A stretch of DNA of 63,649 nt, counting the filler, from Octopus bimaculoides (lineage: Eukaryota): assembly GCF_001194135.2 (NCBI RefSeq). It is 6 parts of 6 records of this genome, joined end to end, with 100 filler letters (N's around TTAATTAATTAA, not from the genome) between each part and the next. Parts side by side here need not be neighbours in the genome. Positions count along the whole stretch, not along the records: positions 14,301 to 31,812 come from NC_068983.1; positions 31,913 to 59,114 come from NC_068984.1; 4 more parts are not named here. One strand, 5' to 3'. The notes below the pieces were generated by a model. It searched no databases. It worked only from the letters and a program-made list of their open reading frames with translations, and had not been told where the DNA came from. Position 1 is the stretch's first letter; each line of letters begins with the position of its first letter. A program made the position numbers and the translations under genes. Shown piece by piece: positions 27,654 to 40,196 of the stretch.

Positions 27654-29478
27654 ATATATATCCATATCCATATACATATATANNNNNNNNNNNNNNNNNN
27701 NNNNNNNNNNNNNNNNNNNNNNNNNNNNNNNNNNNNNNNNNNNNNNNNNNNNNNNNNNNNNNNNNNNNNNNNNNNNNNNNNNNNNNNNNNNNNNNNNNNN
27801 NNNNNNNNNNNNNNNNNNNNNNNNNNNNNNNNNNNNNNNNNNNNNNNNNNNNNNNNNNNNNNNNNNNNNNNNNNNNNNNNNNNNNNNNNNNNNNNNNNNN
27901 NNNNNNNNNNNNNNNNNNNNNNNNNNNNNNNNNNNNNNNNNNNNNNNNNNNNNNNNNNNNNNNNNNNNNNNNNNNNNNNNNNNNNNNNNNNNNNNNNNNN
28001 NNNNNNNNNNNNNNNNNNNNNNNNNNNNNNNNNNNNNNNNNNNNNNNNNNNNNNNNNNNNNNNNNNNNNNNNNNNNNNNNNNNNNNNNNNNNNNNNNNNN
28101 NNNNNNNNNNNNNNNNNNATTTATATATATATATATATATAACACAAACAATCAAAGAAATAGCTACGCACACGCACGCACACGCATATGTACACACGCA
28201 GATTTCGTATTCAGTTGAAACAAATGGCTGGTTATTGTCTAGATGCCGTTCTTAATATTGTGTTGTCTTTTTTTCTTCCCGATAAACCTGGCAATGTTCC
28301 TAGATTCATACAATGCAAGAATACTGCTTGATGTTCAAGGAAATGAACAGTTAACGAAACCATATAGGAAGCAGTTCTTTATTGGAATAAATCGTTGTTT
28401 TGACGCAGAATTAACCCCAACTTACAGAATGGAAATAGTGAAATTCCTCTTCGCATTACACTACAGTATTGAGATTTACGCGACGGTGTAAAGATGCAGT
28501 GTTATTACAGAACAATAATACATCGTCAGACAGTAATAGACTATCACATCATTAAACTGCAGAATCATATACGAGACAAAGTAAGTACTCAACAGGATCG
28601 CACAAATTGCAGCAATTAGCATGCAAACGTCTCGTAAATTATATTAATACTTAAATAAAAAGAATAATGTCATTATGCCACAAAAACCTGATGATTACTG
28701 TTTCTATGTGTGTGATCGCATGTCTGCGAACGTAGCAACAACAATAGAAGTTTTAGGTTTCATTGCCACCCTACAATATTAGTACGTTGCAAAGTATAGT
28801 AGATATGTGTTCCTTTACTGTGCAGTCGGTCAGTGGATCATTGCTTTAGTTCTCTAGTACATTGCAGTGTACTATAGAAATATTTCAGTGCCCGTTATGC
28901 TCCATCATAGTAACAACTGCATGCTATTTGAATAATCATAGCTGTATCGTCTTGTATTCACTGTGACGTGTTTTAGGTCTTTAGTATACCATATTCTTGC
29001 CTGTAATGCAAGTTTGTCGAGAGAGTAAGAATTAAATATGCCTACGCAGCTAGTGTTTCATTTATAAGGCGTCGTAAAATCTTGAGTGTTGTTGTCAACG
29101 TTCTCATTTCTAAATTTGAAATAAGTTAATGGCTTAATCACTTATATATGAAGAGGTTTTATTCTAAACGGGTTTGCTTGGATCTAAACTTATAAATAAC
29201 ATCATCATATCTTTTTGTCGTAAATTAATGACTTAGCAAATGTTTGTTGGAGTTATTAGAAATTGTTTAGTACACGTAGTTGGCAGGCGATCTCGTTCAA
29301 TATCAACAAACGACAATTCCGGTTCTCAGATCAAAGTAAATATGTCGTGAGTCAATTATTGTGTAACAGGTTGAATATACTGTAGCATGGCCAATAAATT
29401 TATAATAATATGAAATCAGTGCAGTTGGATCGTAATCGGAACTTCGTGACTGATATATAATTCTAAGATTATATATAC

Positions 29479-29548
<70 letters not shown>

Positions 29549-30361
29549 ACATTGTGTGTATATCACTCACTGTCTCTCTCTCCCCCCTCTCTATTGAATT
29601 GACGTAAACTGTAACCAAGGAAATATTCCGATTTGTGAAACACATCAGACGGATCATTTAGGAATGTTGTTCGCCATTTCGTCTTCTAATTGCCATCGTT
29701 TTCAACCCATGGCTAAACATTTCTCCAGGGGAAAATAATTCTGATTACTTGGCTTAACAAGTTTAAGTGATGTTGGATTTGAATGAAAATAAGATAACAA
29801 CATCATCAAACGTTAGGAACTCAAAGTTCTTAATCGGGCACCGACCAGAGATACGTTAAGATTCCCACTCTTTTTATCGATTAAACTCATTCTGGCTCCC
29901 AGGGACGTTATATATGAAACGGTGGATATGTTACTGGAACTGCTAAGGACTCTCATTAAATAATTATGCCTAAGTAAATCACTTTTCATTCTTGATTTAT
30001 CAAACGGAGTAGAATTAAATGTATAATCGATCATGGAAGAAGATTCCACCTGAAATACCCGGCTGTTAGTTGGGTAACGATGACGACTCTAGCGACACAA
30101 ACAACAAAGAAAGTCAATTTACCTGTTAGAGATTAAAGTGAAATCTCCCACAAATCACAACCTGATGACTTAGAAGAGATCACTGGATATCAGAGGTAAA
30201 CAACGTTGTATAGAAAATACTGTCCATGAAGGGGACGTCTATAAACATAGATCTACTCAATCGACGTTGTCAATGGTTAAAAAATTAAGTCTGAATGGGA
30301 TTTGTTCGTAAAGTACACTCCATTACCTTGGTAGCATCACACCTCAAAGTAGAAATAGAAA

Positions 30362-30434
30362 ATCATCATCATAATTATTATTATCATTATTATTATTATC
30401 ATTACTATTATTATTATTATTATTATTGTTATTA

Positions 30435-30483
<49 letters not shown>

Positions 30484-30698
30484 GATGTTTCTTTTTTCCT
30501 CTTTCTTCATAGTTTCTCCCATTTCTCGCCGAGTGTTTTCCGTACACCTAGGGCAGAGAAGCCCATTGTATGCATTCCCAGTTTACACACGCAAATTCAC
30601 AGGTTATTATTATTATTATTATTCAGTAGTTTTATTTTTATAACGTGCTTTCANNNNNNNNNNGGTTATTATTATTATTATTATTATCATTATTATAA

Positions 30699-30781
<83 letters not shown>

Positions 30782-30782
30782 T
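30362..30782 (+). repeat. Two (ATT)n tracts
   Basis: Direct reading; source of the poly-Y/I/N ORFs. Confidence 0.95.
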
Positions 30783-31812
30783 ATGAACAAAAATCAGTCA
30801 TACGCTGAGGAATGCTCAGTTTCAAAGCTTTCCATCCAGCATCGTCTATGGTATTGCTTTCTGGTATTGCGTTGTCATGAGAACCGGTACGCCCTTTGAT
30901 CACATATTACCAATCGTTACATCGTCACTTATCACGAACTTATATTCGTAAATGACGTTGCGGACGTGATCGAAGTCCAGTCTTGGTGCTAGCTCTTTGT
31001 AATCGAAATTATTCACTCCCATCTAGAAAGTTCCGTAGTTTCTGTTAATGCTATTTCCTATTGCAACACTTTGCTGTATTTTTCGTTTATAATGAGATCA
31101 ATTAATAATTGTTCTTAATAATTGCATTCCTTAACACCAACTTAACTCATCTATTCGATGACATATTTCCGTTTTGAGGAACATGCATTCAGTCACATAA
31201 AATGGTTGTTATTATCGGTTAAGAGTACAGGTCAGAAGTCGGAAGCCATGTAGCCAAGTACAAGGCGTTGAAAACATTATACACTATCCTTATCAGTTAA
31301 AAGGAAAACCCTATGCATTCATGACACGTGGGATGGAGCAATACTATAGTGGCACATTTTCAATGCTATGGTCATATTTCTGGGATATTTGCAGCTGCTG
31401 CAGCAGGTTTGCAAGACTTTGAAGCTACGGTATCCCTTCAGCAAATTCGACAAAAGTTTTCTATAAAGAAAATAACGTTTTATAATATAAGCAAAACAAC
31501 TATTCTTCTGGTGGAGAATTGCAGTCAAATTAATGCTTAGTTTAGTGACACCGCAGGGGTGAAAGTTGAAGTTAACACCCACGGTCTTTCATTATAAAAT
31601 TTCTAGGAACACAAATATAACTCTAAGATGTCTCTTTTTTTTTTTTTTTTAGTTTTTTCTTCATTATCATACATACACAGTTGTTATATTACTGTTCCAT
31701 TGAATGTTGTATTGTATATAAAATGGTGAATTATTTATTTGCAATACTATATTATAGATACATAAATACATACGTTCATACATACATACATACACACATA
31801 CATACATACATA

Positions 31813-31912
31813 NNNNNNNNNNNNNNNNNNNNNNNNNNNNNNNNNNNNNNNNNNNNTTAATTAATTAANNNNNNNNNNNNNNNNNNNNNNNNNNNNNNNN
31901 NNNNNNNNNNNN
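31813..31912. other. Artificial scaffold-join pad
   Basis: 44N + TTAATTAATTAA + 44N. Confidence 0.95.
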
Positions 31913-32140
31913 CATAAAAGACACCATTTCGAGCGTGGCCGTTTTCGTGCGGGTGACACGTAAAAGCACCCACTACACTCTCTGAGTGATTGGCGCTAGG
32001 AAGGGCATCCAGCTGTAGAAACTCTGCCAAATCAGATTGGAGCCTGGTGTTGCCATCCGGTTTCACCAGTCCTCAGTCAAATCGTCCAACCCATGCTAGC
32101 ATGGAAAGCGGACATTAAACGATGATAATGATGATGATGA
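31913..32140 (+). mobile_element. RTE-type LINE 3'UTR ending in (GAT)n
   Basis: Almost identical to 52372-52593, which follows an RTE ORF C-terminus. Confidence 0.85.
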
Positions 32141-32162
32141 TGATATATATATACATATATAT

Positions 32163-32328
32163 GCGACGAGTTTCTTTCAGTTTCCATCTACCAAATCCAC
32201 TCACAAAGCTTTGGTCAGCCCGAGGCTATAGTAGAAGACACTTGCCCAAGGTGCCATGCAGTGGGACTGAACCCGGAACCATGTGGTTGGTAAGCAAGCT
32301 ACTTACCACACAGCCACTCCTGCGCCTA
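32163..32328 (-). mobile_element. SINE family A head
   Basis: Reverse complement of taggcgcaggagtggctgtgtggtaagtagcttgc..gggttcagtccc..ccttgggcaagtgtcttctac..ggaaactgaaagaa. Confidence 0.85.
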
Positions 32329-32359
32329 TATATACATACATATATATACATACATTCAT

Positions 32360-32397
<38 letters not shown>

Positions 32398-32533
32398 CTT
32401 TATATATACATACATACACATATATCAATATATATATATACACACACACACACACATAAATATATCTGTGTGTGTGTATACATAAATACAAATACACACA
32501 CACATACATAAATACATACATACATACACACAC

Positions 32534-32576
<43 letters not shown>

Positions 32577-32595
32577 GGGCTTCTTNNNNNNNNNN

Positions 32596-32626
<31 letters not shown>

Positions 32627-33188
32627 GGGCTTCTTTCAGTTTCTGTCTACCAAATCCATTCACAAGGCTGTGTGGAAACTAGTTTCTAACTCACTTACAA
32701 ATGTTGTTTCTTGTTTCTCACACAGTATACTTCAAACTCAAGGTGTAATGGCTTTCATTATTTGTACTTCATTAGATAGTAGTTCTGCTTCAAATATACA
32801 AAGACTGAATTATCTCATACACTGAAACGCATCAGTAAGTTTTTGGAAAACCTAGTCCTTGACCTGCTTTCAGTATGCATGTAACTGTCTAGCAACCCTT
32901 CTCATAGTATATGTACTGTAAACTAACACAAATAGCTCAACGTCCTGTTTGCTTCTACCATTAAAATGTAAAACTGTAGGATTATATGAGAATACAATAT
33001 TTTGCAGTATATTATTTAAATTTGTGTCAACCCCCTTAATAAAGAAAATTTATGATCAAAAGTATTCAAACAATGATTGTGCTAATTTTTTATTTTTTTT
33101 TTATTTTCAGAAATAATGCATCGAGTACAACGCATAATTCTCAGCTGTTAAGCGTCTTTATAACTTCTTCTAACTACATAAGAATATA

Positions 33189-33577
33189 GATGTGGTTGTG
33201 TGGTAAGAAGCTTGCTTCCCAACCACATAGTTCCAGGTTCAGTCCCACTGCATGGCACCTTCAACAGGTGTCTTCTACTATAACCTCGAGCCAGCCAAAG
33301 CCTTGTGAGTGGATTTGGTAGACAGAAACCGAAAGAAGTCTGTCGTATATATATGTGTGTGTGTGTCTTTGTGTCTGTGTGTCCCCCACCATCGTTTGAC
33401 AGCCAGTATTGATTTGTTTACATTCCCATAACTTAGTGGTTCGGCAAAAGAGATCAATGCAATAAGTAACAGGCTTCAAAAAAGTAAGTCCTGGGGTCGA
33501 TTTGTGCAATTAAAATCCCTTCAAGGTGGTGCCCAAGCATGGCCACAGACAAATGACTGAAACAAGTAAAAGATAAA

Positions 33578-33580
<3 letters not shown>
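33189..33580 (+). mobile_element. Full-length SINE family A (tRNA-like head, central box, internal (TA)(TG) seed, CR1-like tail)
   Basis: About 390 nt and collinear with 44597-44965. Ends in actgaaacaagtaaaagataaaaga. Confidence 0.85.
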
Positions 33581-33620
<40 letters not shown>

Positions 33621-34022
33621 NNNNNNNNNNNNNNNNNNNNNNNNNNNNNNNNNNNNNNNNNNNNNNNNNNNNNNNNNNNNNNNNNNNNNNNNNNNNNNNN
33701 NNNNNNNNNNNNNNNNNNNNNNNNNNNNNNNNNNNNNNNNNNNNNNNNNNNNNNNNNNNNNNNNNNNNNNNNNNNNNNNNNNNNNNNNNNNNNNNNNNNN
33801 NNNNNNNNNNNNNNNNNNNNNNNNNNNNNNNNNNNATATATAATTCACAATAATGACTTTTATTACCTTTATTCCTACCTCAGTTCATCTAATTGTATAT
33901 ATATATCGTTACTTTTCATAAAAAGCCTTATTTCCAATGTGCATTTTCGCTTATTTTTCTTCTTACTTTCCCCTTACATTTCCACGTGTAGTTTCTATTT
34001 TGCTTTTGTAACATATTTCTAT

Positions 34023-34054
<32 letters not shown>

Positions 34055-35064
34055 CTTCTGTTTTGAATTCTATTTTCCTGTTTGTGTCACACAACCTGAT
34101 AGGTCTTCCTCTGCTTGAAGAAAATTTGATGGCTATTTTTAGGAGATCAAACAACCCAATGCAACTAGATCAAGGAAGCCTAATATGAAAGTATTCCAGG
34201 TGTAACTGAACTGCTTTTTTTTTTCCTTTAACATAGTATCTAATATGTCCTAATTAAAAACTAGAGTTGGTTTTGGCTGCTATTTCTAGCAAGTCAAACA
34301 ATATAGAGGTTGACGTCTTGGCTCATTATGTCACTTGATGAGTATTGTATATGTTATATATAAGACATGGAATGCAAAACCAAACAAGGAAAAGAACTAC
34401 ATACTTTACATATGTTCTAAGTTCAAATGCTGCCTTGGTTGACTATCATCTCTCTTTACAAAACTTTGGCCTTTGACCTTACACCAAAGTAAAAAATTAA
34501 TATTTTACATGGCAATAAGAAAGTTTCTACTTTGTCAGTTAACCTGTTAGAAATAACAGCTACATCTTTCCCTACTACTTTAAAACAAAGAGTAAGAAAA
34601 ATACTCTATTCTTATTTTGGCACAAGGCCAGCAATTTTGAGGGGTGGGGAAGTCAATTACATAGACTCCAGTGATTAACTAGTATTTATTTCATCAACTC
34701 CCAAAGGATGAAAGGCAAAGTCAACCTCAACGGAATTTAAACTCAGAACACAAAAGCAGACAAAATACTGCTAAGCATTTTGTTCGGTGTGCTAATGATT
34801 CTGCCAGCCAAACTGCCTTAAAGAGGAAGAAAGATATTAAATATATGTATTCTATGCATCTTCCTTGCTCTTCAATTTTAAATTCTAACAACTAATTCTA
34901 TCAATATTGATCTAGAGATGATTATCTCCCTTACAATACGTGCCCCACCCTCACGGAGCACATATGTTTGGACAATATAGTTTAATGTAATTCAGGTAAA
35001 AATATTATGAAAGGCAAAAACAATTGCAGCATGGAAGACGTTTATAAGCCATTTAAGAACATGC

Positions 35065-35272
35065 AAAAAACTGTTAGATTCAGTTCAACATTTAAATTTA
35101 ATCTGTCAAAATATTTTTGTCCCTTTCAAATTATGACCTGTTCACTGACAAAACTTTGTGCTGCATCATGCAGCACGAAATTTTGTCAGTGAACAGGTTG
35201 CCGTTTCAGAGTGATGATAATATTTTGACACAAATTAAATTTAAATGTTGAAGTGAATCTAACAGTTTTTTT
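35065..35272. repeat. Nested inverted repeat / fold-back (MITE-like)
   Basis: Outer arms 35065-35115 and 35219-35272; inner arms 35136-35165 and 35169-35198; 3-nt loop. Confidence 0.85.
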
Positions 35273-35629
35273 GTGTGTTCTTAAATGACTCATAAGCATC
35301 TTCCATGCTGCAGTTGTTTTTGTTTCAGCACATGACCTCAGATCAAGTCCCTTGCTATGCAAGTACATCTCCATAATTATGAAAGGATCATAGCTGAAAT
35401 GCCTCTGATCATAAGTCAGCTTGTTCGTACTTCTAAAGAAACATCATGTTTCAGTGTGTTAATGAATGGATCTTTGCTAATTCAACAGATGGTTTTCAGG
35501 GTAAAGTATATGGTCTATGTTGTTAGTTTATGTAGTAACAACACCATTTTCTATGTGTTTCTTACTTGAACTTTGTACTCTGCTCCAGACTGAAGTATTT
35601 TCTATCATTGAAAAAGAGCTTTAGTGTTT

Positions 35630-35755
35630 GTGAGACCAGGGATTGAAGTGAGACCAGGGATTGAAGTGAGACCAGGGATTGAAGTGAGACCAAGGATTGA
35701 AGTGAGACCAGGGATTGAAGTGAGACCAAGGATTGAAGTGAGACCAGGGATTGAA
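35630..35755. repeat. 18-bp tandem repeat x7 (gtgagaccagggattgaa)
   Basis: Seven units; units 4 and 6 carry a caagg variant. Confidence 0.95.
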
Positions 35756-36750
35756 GGCCAAGGCCACCAAATTTGGTGGATAAGGTGGCCTGCTGCCATC
35801 CAGTGTCATCAAACCAATCACTACATAATTCTTTGGAATCAAGATCCATGAAGAGAGATATGTGGCTGTAGCAAGGGGCAATAGATTTAGCAAGGTTAAG
35901 CAGCTCCTTAACAAGAACAGTGCTGGGTGTCCATCAGTCTTTGAAGCTGGCAAAGCTTAGACCTGAGGGTAAAGCAAATGGCAAGTGGGAGGATCAGTGA
36001 ACTGAGGATAAAGATATCCCCTTTCAAGATCACCTGTACCCAGTGAAGTGGTGGACGTACATCCAAGATAGCAGCTGCAAAGTCTTTTGCATCATAGCTG
36101 ACATTCACAATCTCAAGCTTGGACAAGTTTATCTCAAGGCTGATAATTGCTAGAGCAGGGACCACTGGTCGGAGATCATGGCAGACACTCGCTACTAGGT
36201 CACCTATCATCACATTATTCAGGTACCTGACATCAAAAGGAGCCGTGGTGCTCTGAGCACTGCTGTCCATCCCAGGAGTGAATCAGAAGGGGTCCACTTG
36301 ATCACCGTTGAATGTCGGTTGAAGATGGTATGACCTTATCTGCACTGAGAAGCATGCTTGGAACCCCATATAACATGTAAGCCAGTGGGTAGGCAGACAG
36401 AGCATGGCTTAGGCAAGGCTGGAGCAAGTGGTCATGGTACAGGCAATTGAAAGTATTCTTCATGTTAAGCTTGACAATGAGGTTTTTGGAGTCACTCAAT
36501 ATTGTCTCTGGAGGACAGTCACTGAAAAACTGTCTAGCGGCATGGGTGGCTCCCTCACACCCACTGGCTACGCTGATCCCCAGCTGTACCAGGCCGAGTT
36601 CCTCACCTAGTTCAGGTGCAACAGAACTGTAGATCACTTTAGCTGTGAGTCTTTGGAAGACATTTCCCACAGTTATGGGATGTATGCCACCATCCTTCTT
36701 CCTGAGAGCAATTAGATGGGTTGAAAAAGAAGAGGTTTGGGGAATAAGGA
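35756..36750 (-). mobile_element. CRE-clade-like non-LTR retrotransposon RT pseudogene
   Basis: LIALRKKDGGIHPITVG..QRLTAK..QLGISVASGCEGATHAAR..KLNMKNTFN; degenerate IQxGDxSGPLL; YLNN (YLDD eroded); LEINLSKLEI; HPALFLLRSC; WQQATLSTKFGGLG. Frameshifted, with stops. Confidence 0.8.
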
Positions 36751-37542
36751 TACAGTGCACTGTAAATGAATCGGCTGATGAGAGACATAATTGAATTCAA
36801 TGTTACAGGAGGGATAGGGAGCAACAGTATAATAACCTTGTACATAGATCACAAGTAAGGAGATGATGTACAGGGTGGGGGAATGGAGCAGAACGAGAGA
36901 GATATAGAGGGACAGAGGTCAGCAGTACAAAGTGACAACTATAGAGAGGAGTATAGATAGCAGATATGAAAGAGTGTTGAGAGGATGTTAAAAATGAAGT
37001 ATGGAATTCTAAAATGTCATACAGAGACAGGGTGAGATACCTGGAGGCACAGAGAAAGGTAAGTAGTGAAAAATAAAGTGGAAATGGATTATGAATGTTA
37101 AAGAAAAAGGTTCTAGAAAGAGCAGGAAGTAACTAGTAATGCAAAGAGGAAGAATTCAGATTCTTCTGTTATATTATTAATCTCTTTAATGTCCACAGGA
37201 GGCTAAACATAGAGGGGACAAACAAGGACAGACAAAGGGATTAAGTCGATTATATCAACCCCAGTGCGTAACTGGTACTTACTTAATCAACCCTGAAAGG
37301 ATGAAAAGCAAAGTTGACCTCAGCGGAATTTGAACTCAGAACATAAATACCGTTAAGCATGAAGCCTTAACTCAGACTAGTTGATGTCAACTGAAAATAG
37401 AATGGAACAATATACTTAAGATACATTGAGGAAATTAGTAACCTTAAAATTATCATAAAATTTTTTTTTTAATTCTAAAATCTGGTGACCTTAATGAAAA
37501 GAGCTTGTTATACTCATAATACTTTATCCATAAGTTAAAAAT

Positions 37543-37594
<52 letters not shown>

Positions 37595-39418
37595 GAAAAT
37601 TTAATTATATATATATATATATACACACATATATATATATACTATTAAATTTGTCACTTTATTCATCTAACTTATCTTTGCTAAACTAATATATTTCAGT
37701 TTTCTTTTTGGTTATCTTCTTTATGTATATTTTTCCAGAATGTTCAGGAGAAAAGCTCAAGCTAAGACCTATAAATCTAATATTTGACTAGTTATGGACA
37801 ACTTTTGTGTTTTCTTTCCTTTCTGCATCAAGTCAATATTCTATTGAATTATATGCCATTTTGTGTTGAGAACATGGTTAATACTACACAATATAATATT
37901 ATATAATATTGTGTAATATTGACCAAGAATTGGTCATAATGTTAAGCTTTTCGGTTAATACAAACGTTGTGCTCTTGAGTAAGGTAGATAACTCTGCTTG
38001 CTCCAGTTTACCTGACTGACAAAAGCAGGTTCTATTGCTACTTTACAGTTCAGTAAAGTGTAAGGAACGGGTATCGCGTAAAAACAGTAAATACACCATA
38101 CTATTCAGCGAGCAAAGATAAATAGATGTAAAATTGCTTATCTGCTAAGCTTAACTGAAGTACATTTCTGGTTCCAACTACTCGTTTATATATATAGTCG
38201 AGCGGTTCAGAAAAAGGATTCAACAATTTGGATGATCGAACCCGTACTCCAAAAACAAAAGGAAAACAATCTCTTCAAAAAACATTTTTTTTTAATTGAA
38301 AAGATTTTCAGTCGAAATTTAGGTAATCGTAGAATGGGTTTTTGAGCTATATGATCATTTTAACCATATCAATTGAATTATGCATAATAATTACGAGAAA
38401 AATACATATTAGAACAAAAACGTTGCATTGTCTTTTTTTTTTCATGACGATATTTTTTTTTTTAATTTTAGAACTCAAATATTAACGAATTTATTTGGGT
38501 ATTATAAATATTATAATATAAATTGGATTATTCTGAAATTGGGGTAGTTACGCACATCGAAGTTTTAAAACGTCACTAAAACGCAGATTTTTTTGTTTTT
38601 TAATATTTAATGCAGACTTTGAGGCAATCTATTTTATTGAATACGCACACGCGTCTTTGCGTGCGTGTATATATGTATATATATATATATAATGTACTCA
38701 TATATTCCGACACGCGATAAATATTATTCCAAAACAGGAAAATGTTGTTTGATTGTATCTTTTATTTTTAAGCTACCATAATTTATTATTACATAACGAA
38801 TAAAGCATGTTGCCGACAAATTTTAAGGAACCCACGTGGTGAATGTCGAACTTTATAGTTGTTGCACCACTTCAAACGGCCATAATTTATAAAATGCAGC
38901 TCTATATACTCTCTAAATCCAGAGAAAATACCATAATAATGAGATATGGAATATAAAATAACAATATAAAAAAACTAAAATAGTTTATGGCAAAATACTT
39001 CAATTTATCCTACATTATTTCCATGAAATTACATATACATAAAGCTGTACATATATATAAATATATATAAATATATATATCAACCAGCATGTGTCGGAAG
39101 ATCTAGCGGCTTATTCGTTAATAGTATTCTGGAATATATGAATAATAGAATACTTGCGTTTGTATCTATTCCTTACAAACTTAGCTATGTGAGTAAAAAG
39201 AATCGTATACAACTATCATACTTTGTCTCAGATTAAAATTAAAATCTTTAAATATTCTCAATTTAACATAGCCAACTACAAACATATTAATTAAAATATT
39301 TAATTTTGATAAATTTCGAAGCACTCGAGATATTTACATGACAACCACTCGATTGTAAATAGAGCATTCTGCGATAGTTTTTTATTCTTATAATAAAAGA
39401 ATACATTCGGAATAGCTT

Positions 39419-39430
39419 AAACCGGAAGTT
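39419..39430 (+). promoter_or_regulatory. ETS/GABP-type motif (aaaCCGGAAGTt), candidate DCAF1 core promoter element
   Basis: CCGGAAGT is typical of housekeeping promoters and lies ~670 nt upstream of the DCAF1 ATG. The transcription start cannot be seen from sequence. Confidence 0.35.
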
Positions 39431-40095
39431 GAGCTGCACCACTGTTAATGCTAGCAGCAGCTTTGTATTCGTGTTAGACTCATTTGGTAGTTGTGTTTTA
39501 ATGTAGGTTTTTAAAGCTTTCTTAAAGATAATTACCGTTTCCAGACAATTGTAGGAGGTGAATCTTGGCACCATAGAAACAATCCATTTTGAAATTCATT
39601 ACTTCGACGAATCTACCTCATTCCTACCACATCTGTTTATTGTTTGTTTAGAGGAAAACTGGTTTCTTTGAAAAGCGTGGCATTGCTTTGCTTCTCTCGT
39701 TTATTAATATTTGTACAAACCAAACTTTTTCCCTTCTACTTTTCTTTCCCTTAATTTTTAATATAGTAAAGAGCTGAAAAGAAATTGCTGTGTTTTACAA
39801 CGATTCGAAACAGTATATTTAAACTGTAGACCCATTTTTGTGTGCGTGTGTGTTAATTACGAATTTGTTTCACTGAGTGTCACTTGTACTTTTCCGAGTT
39901 TCCATTTTCCTTGTTTCACCAAAATGAGTGAAAGTTGTTCGTCTCGCTAATAGTTCCCTTCCTTCCTTTCATTTTTCTATCTCACCAATGTAAACAACAC
40001 CATATAACTTTCCCAAATAATACCAAATAAGAGGAAACCAAATATTTTAACAAGAAACAGCTACAGAAGCAGCTGTTTCTTAGCATTGTCAACAA

Positions 40096-40196
40096 ATGGC
40101 TACACTTGACTCTTTATCTACGCTAAACGGAATTTTGGAAGAATGGAATCGCACCTCAAAAGAGAGCAATATGAACCCCGTTCCTATACTCACGAG
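40096..40196 (+). CDS. DCAF1: DCAF1/VprBP coding exon 1 (MATLDSLSTLNGILEEWNRTSKESNMNPVPILT-R)
   Basis: ATG at 40096 in aacaaATGg context. The peptide matches human ..DSKAELTTLLEQWEKEHGSGQDMVPILTR. Donor AG|gttagt at 40197, phase 2. Not in the ORF track because it is too short. Confidence 0.9.

Noticed and set aside
29813-30049. 78-aa minus-strand ORF with an upstream tttcag acceptor
   Set aside because: No recognisable homology, and the neighbouring putative exon has an in-frame stop. Not supportable.
32699-33190. Splice-site-like signals on both strands (possible lncRNA exons)
   Set aside because: All frames are closed and signals conflict between strands. There is no support without RNA data.
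35630-35755. CRISPR array
   Set aside because: Units abut with no spacers, the DNA is eukaryotic and there are no cas genes.
39287-39574. Divergent 95-aa ORF at the DCAF1 promoter
   Set aside because: No recognisable motif, AT-rich composition, and a length attainable by chance.
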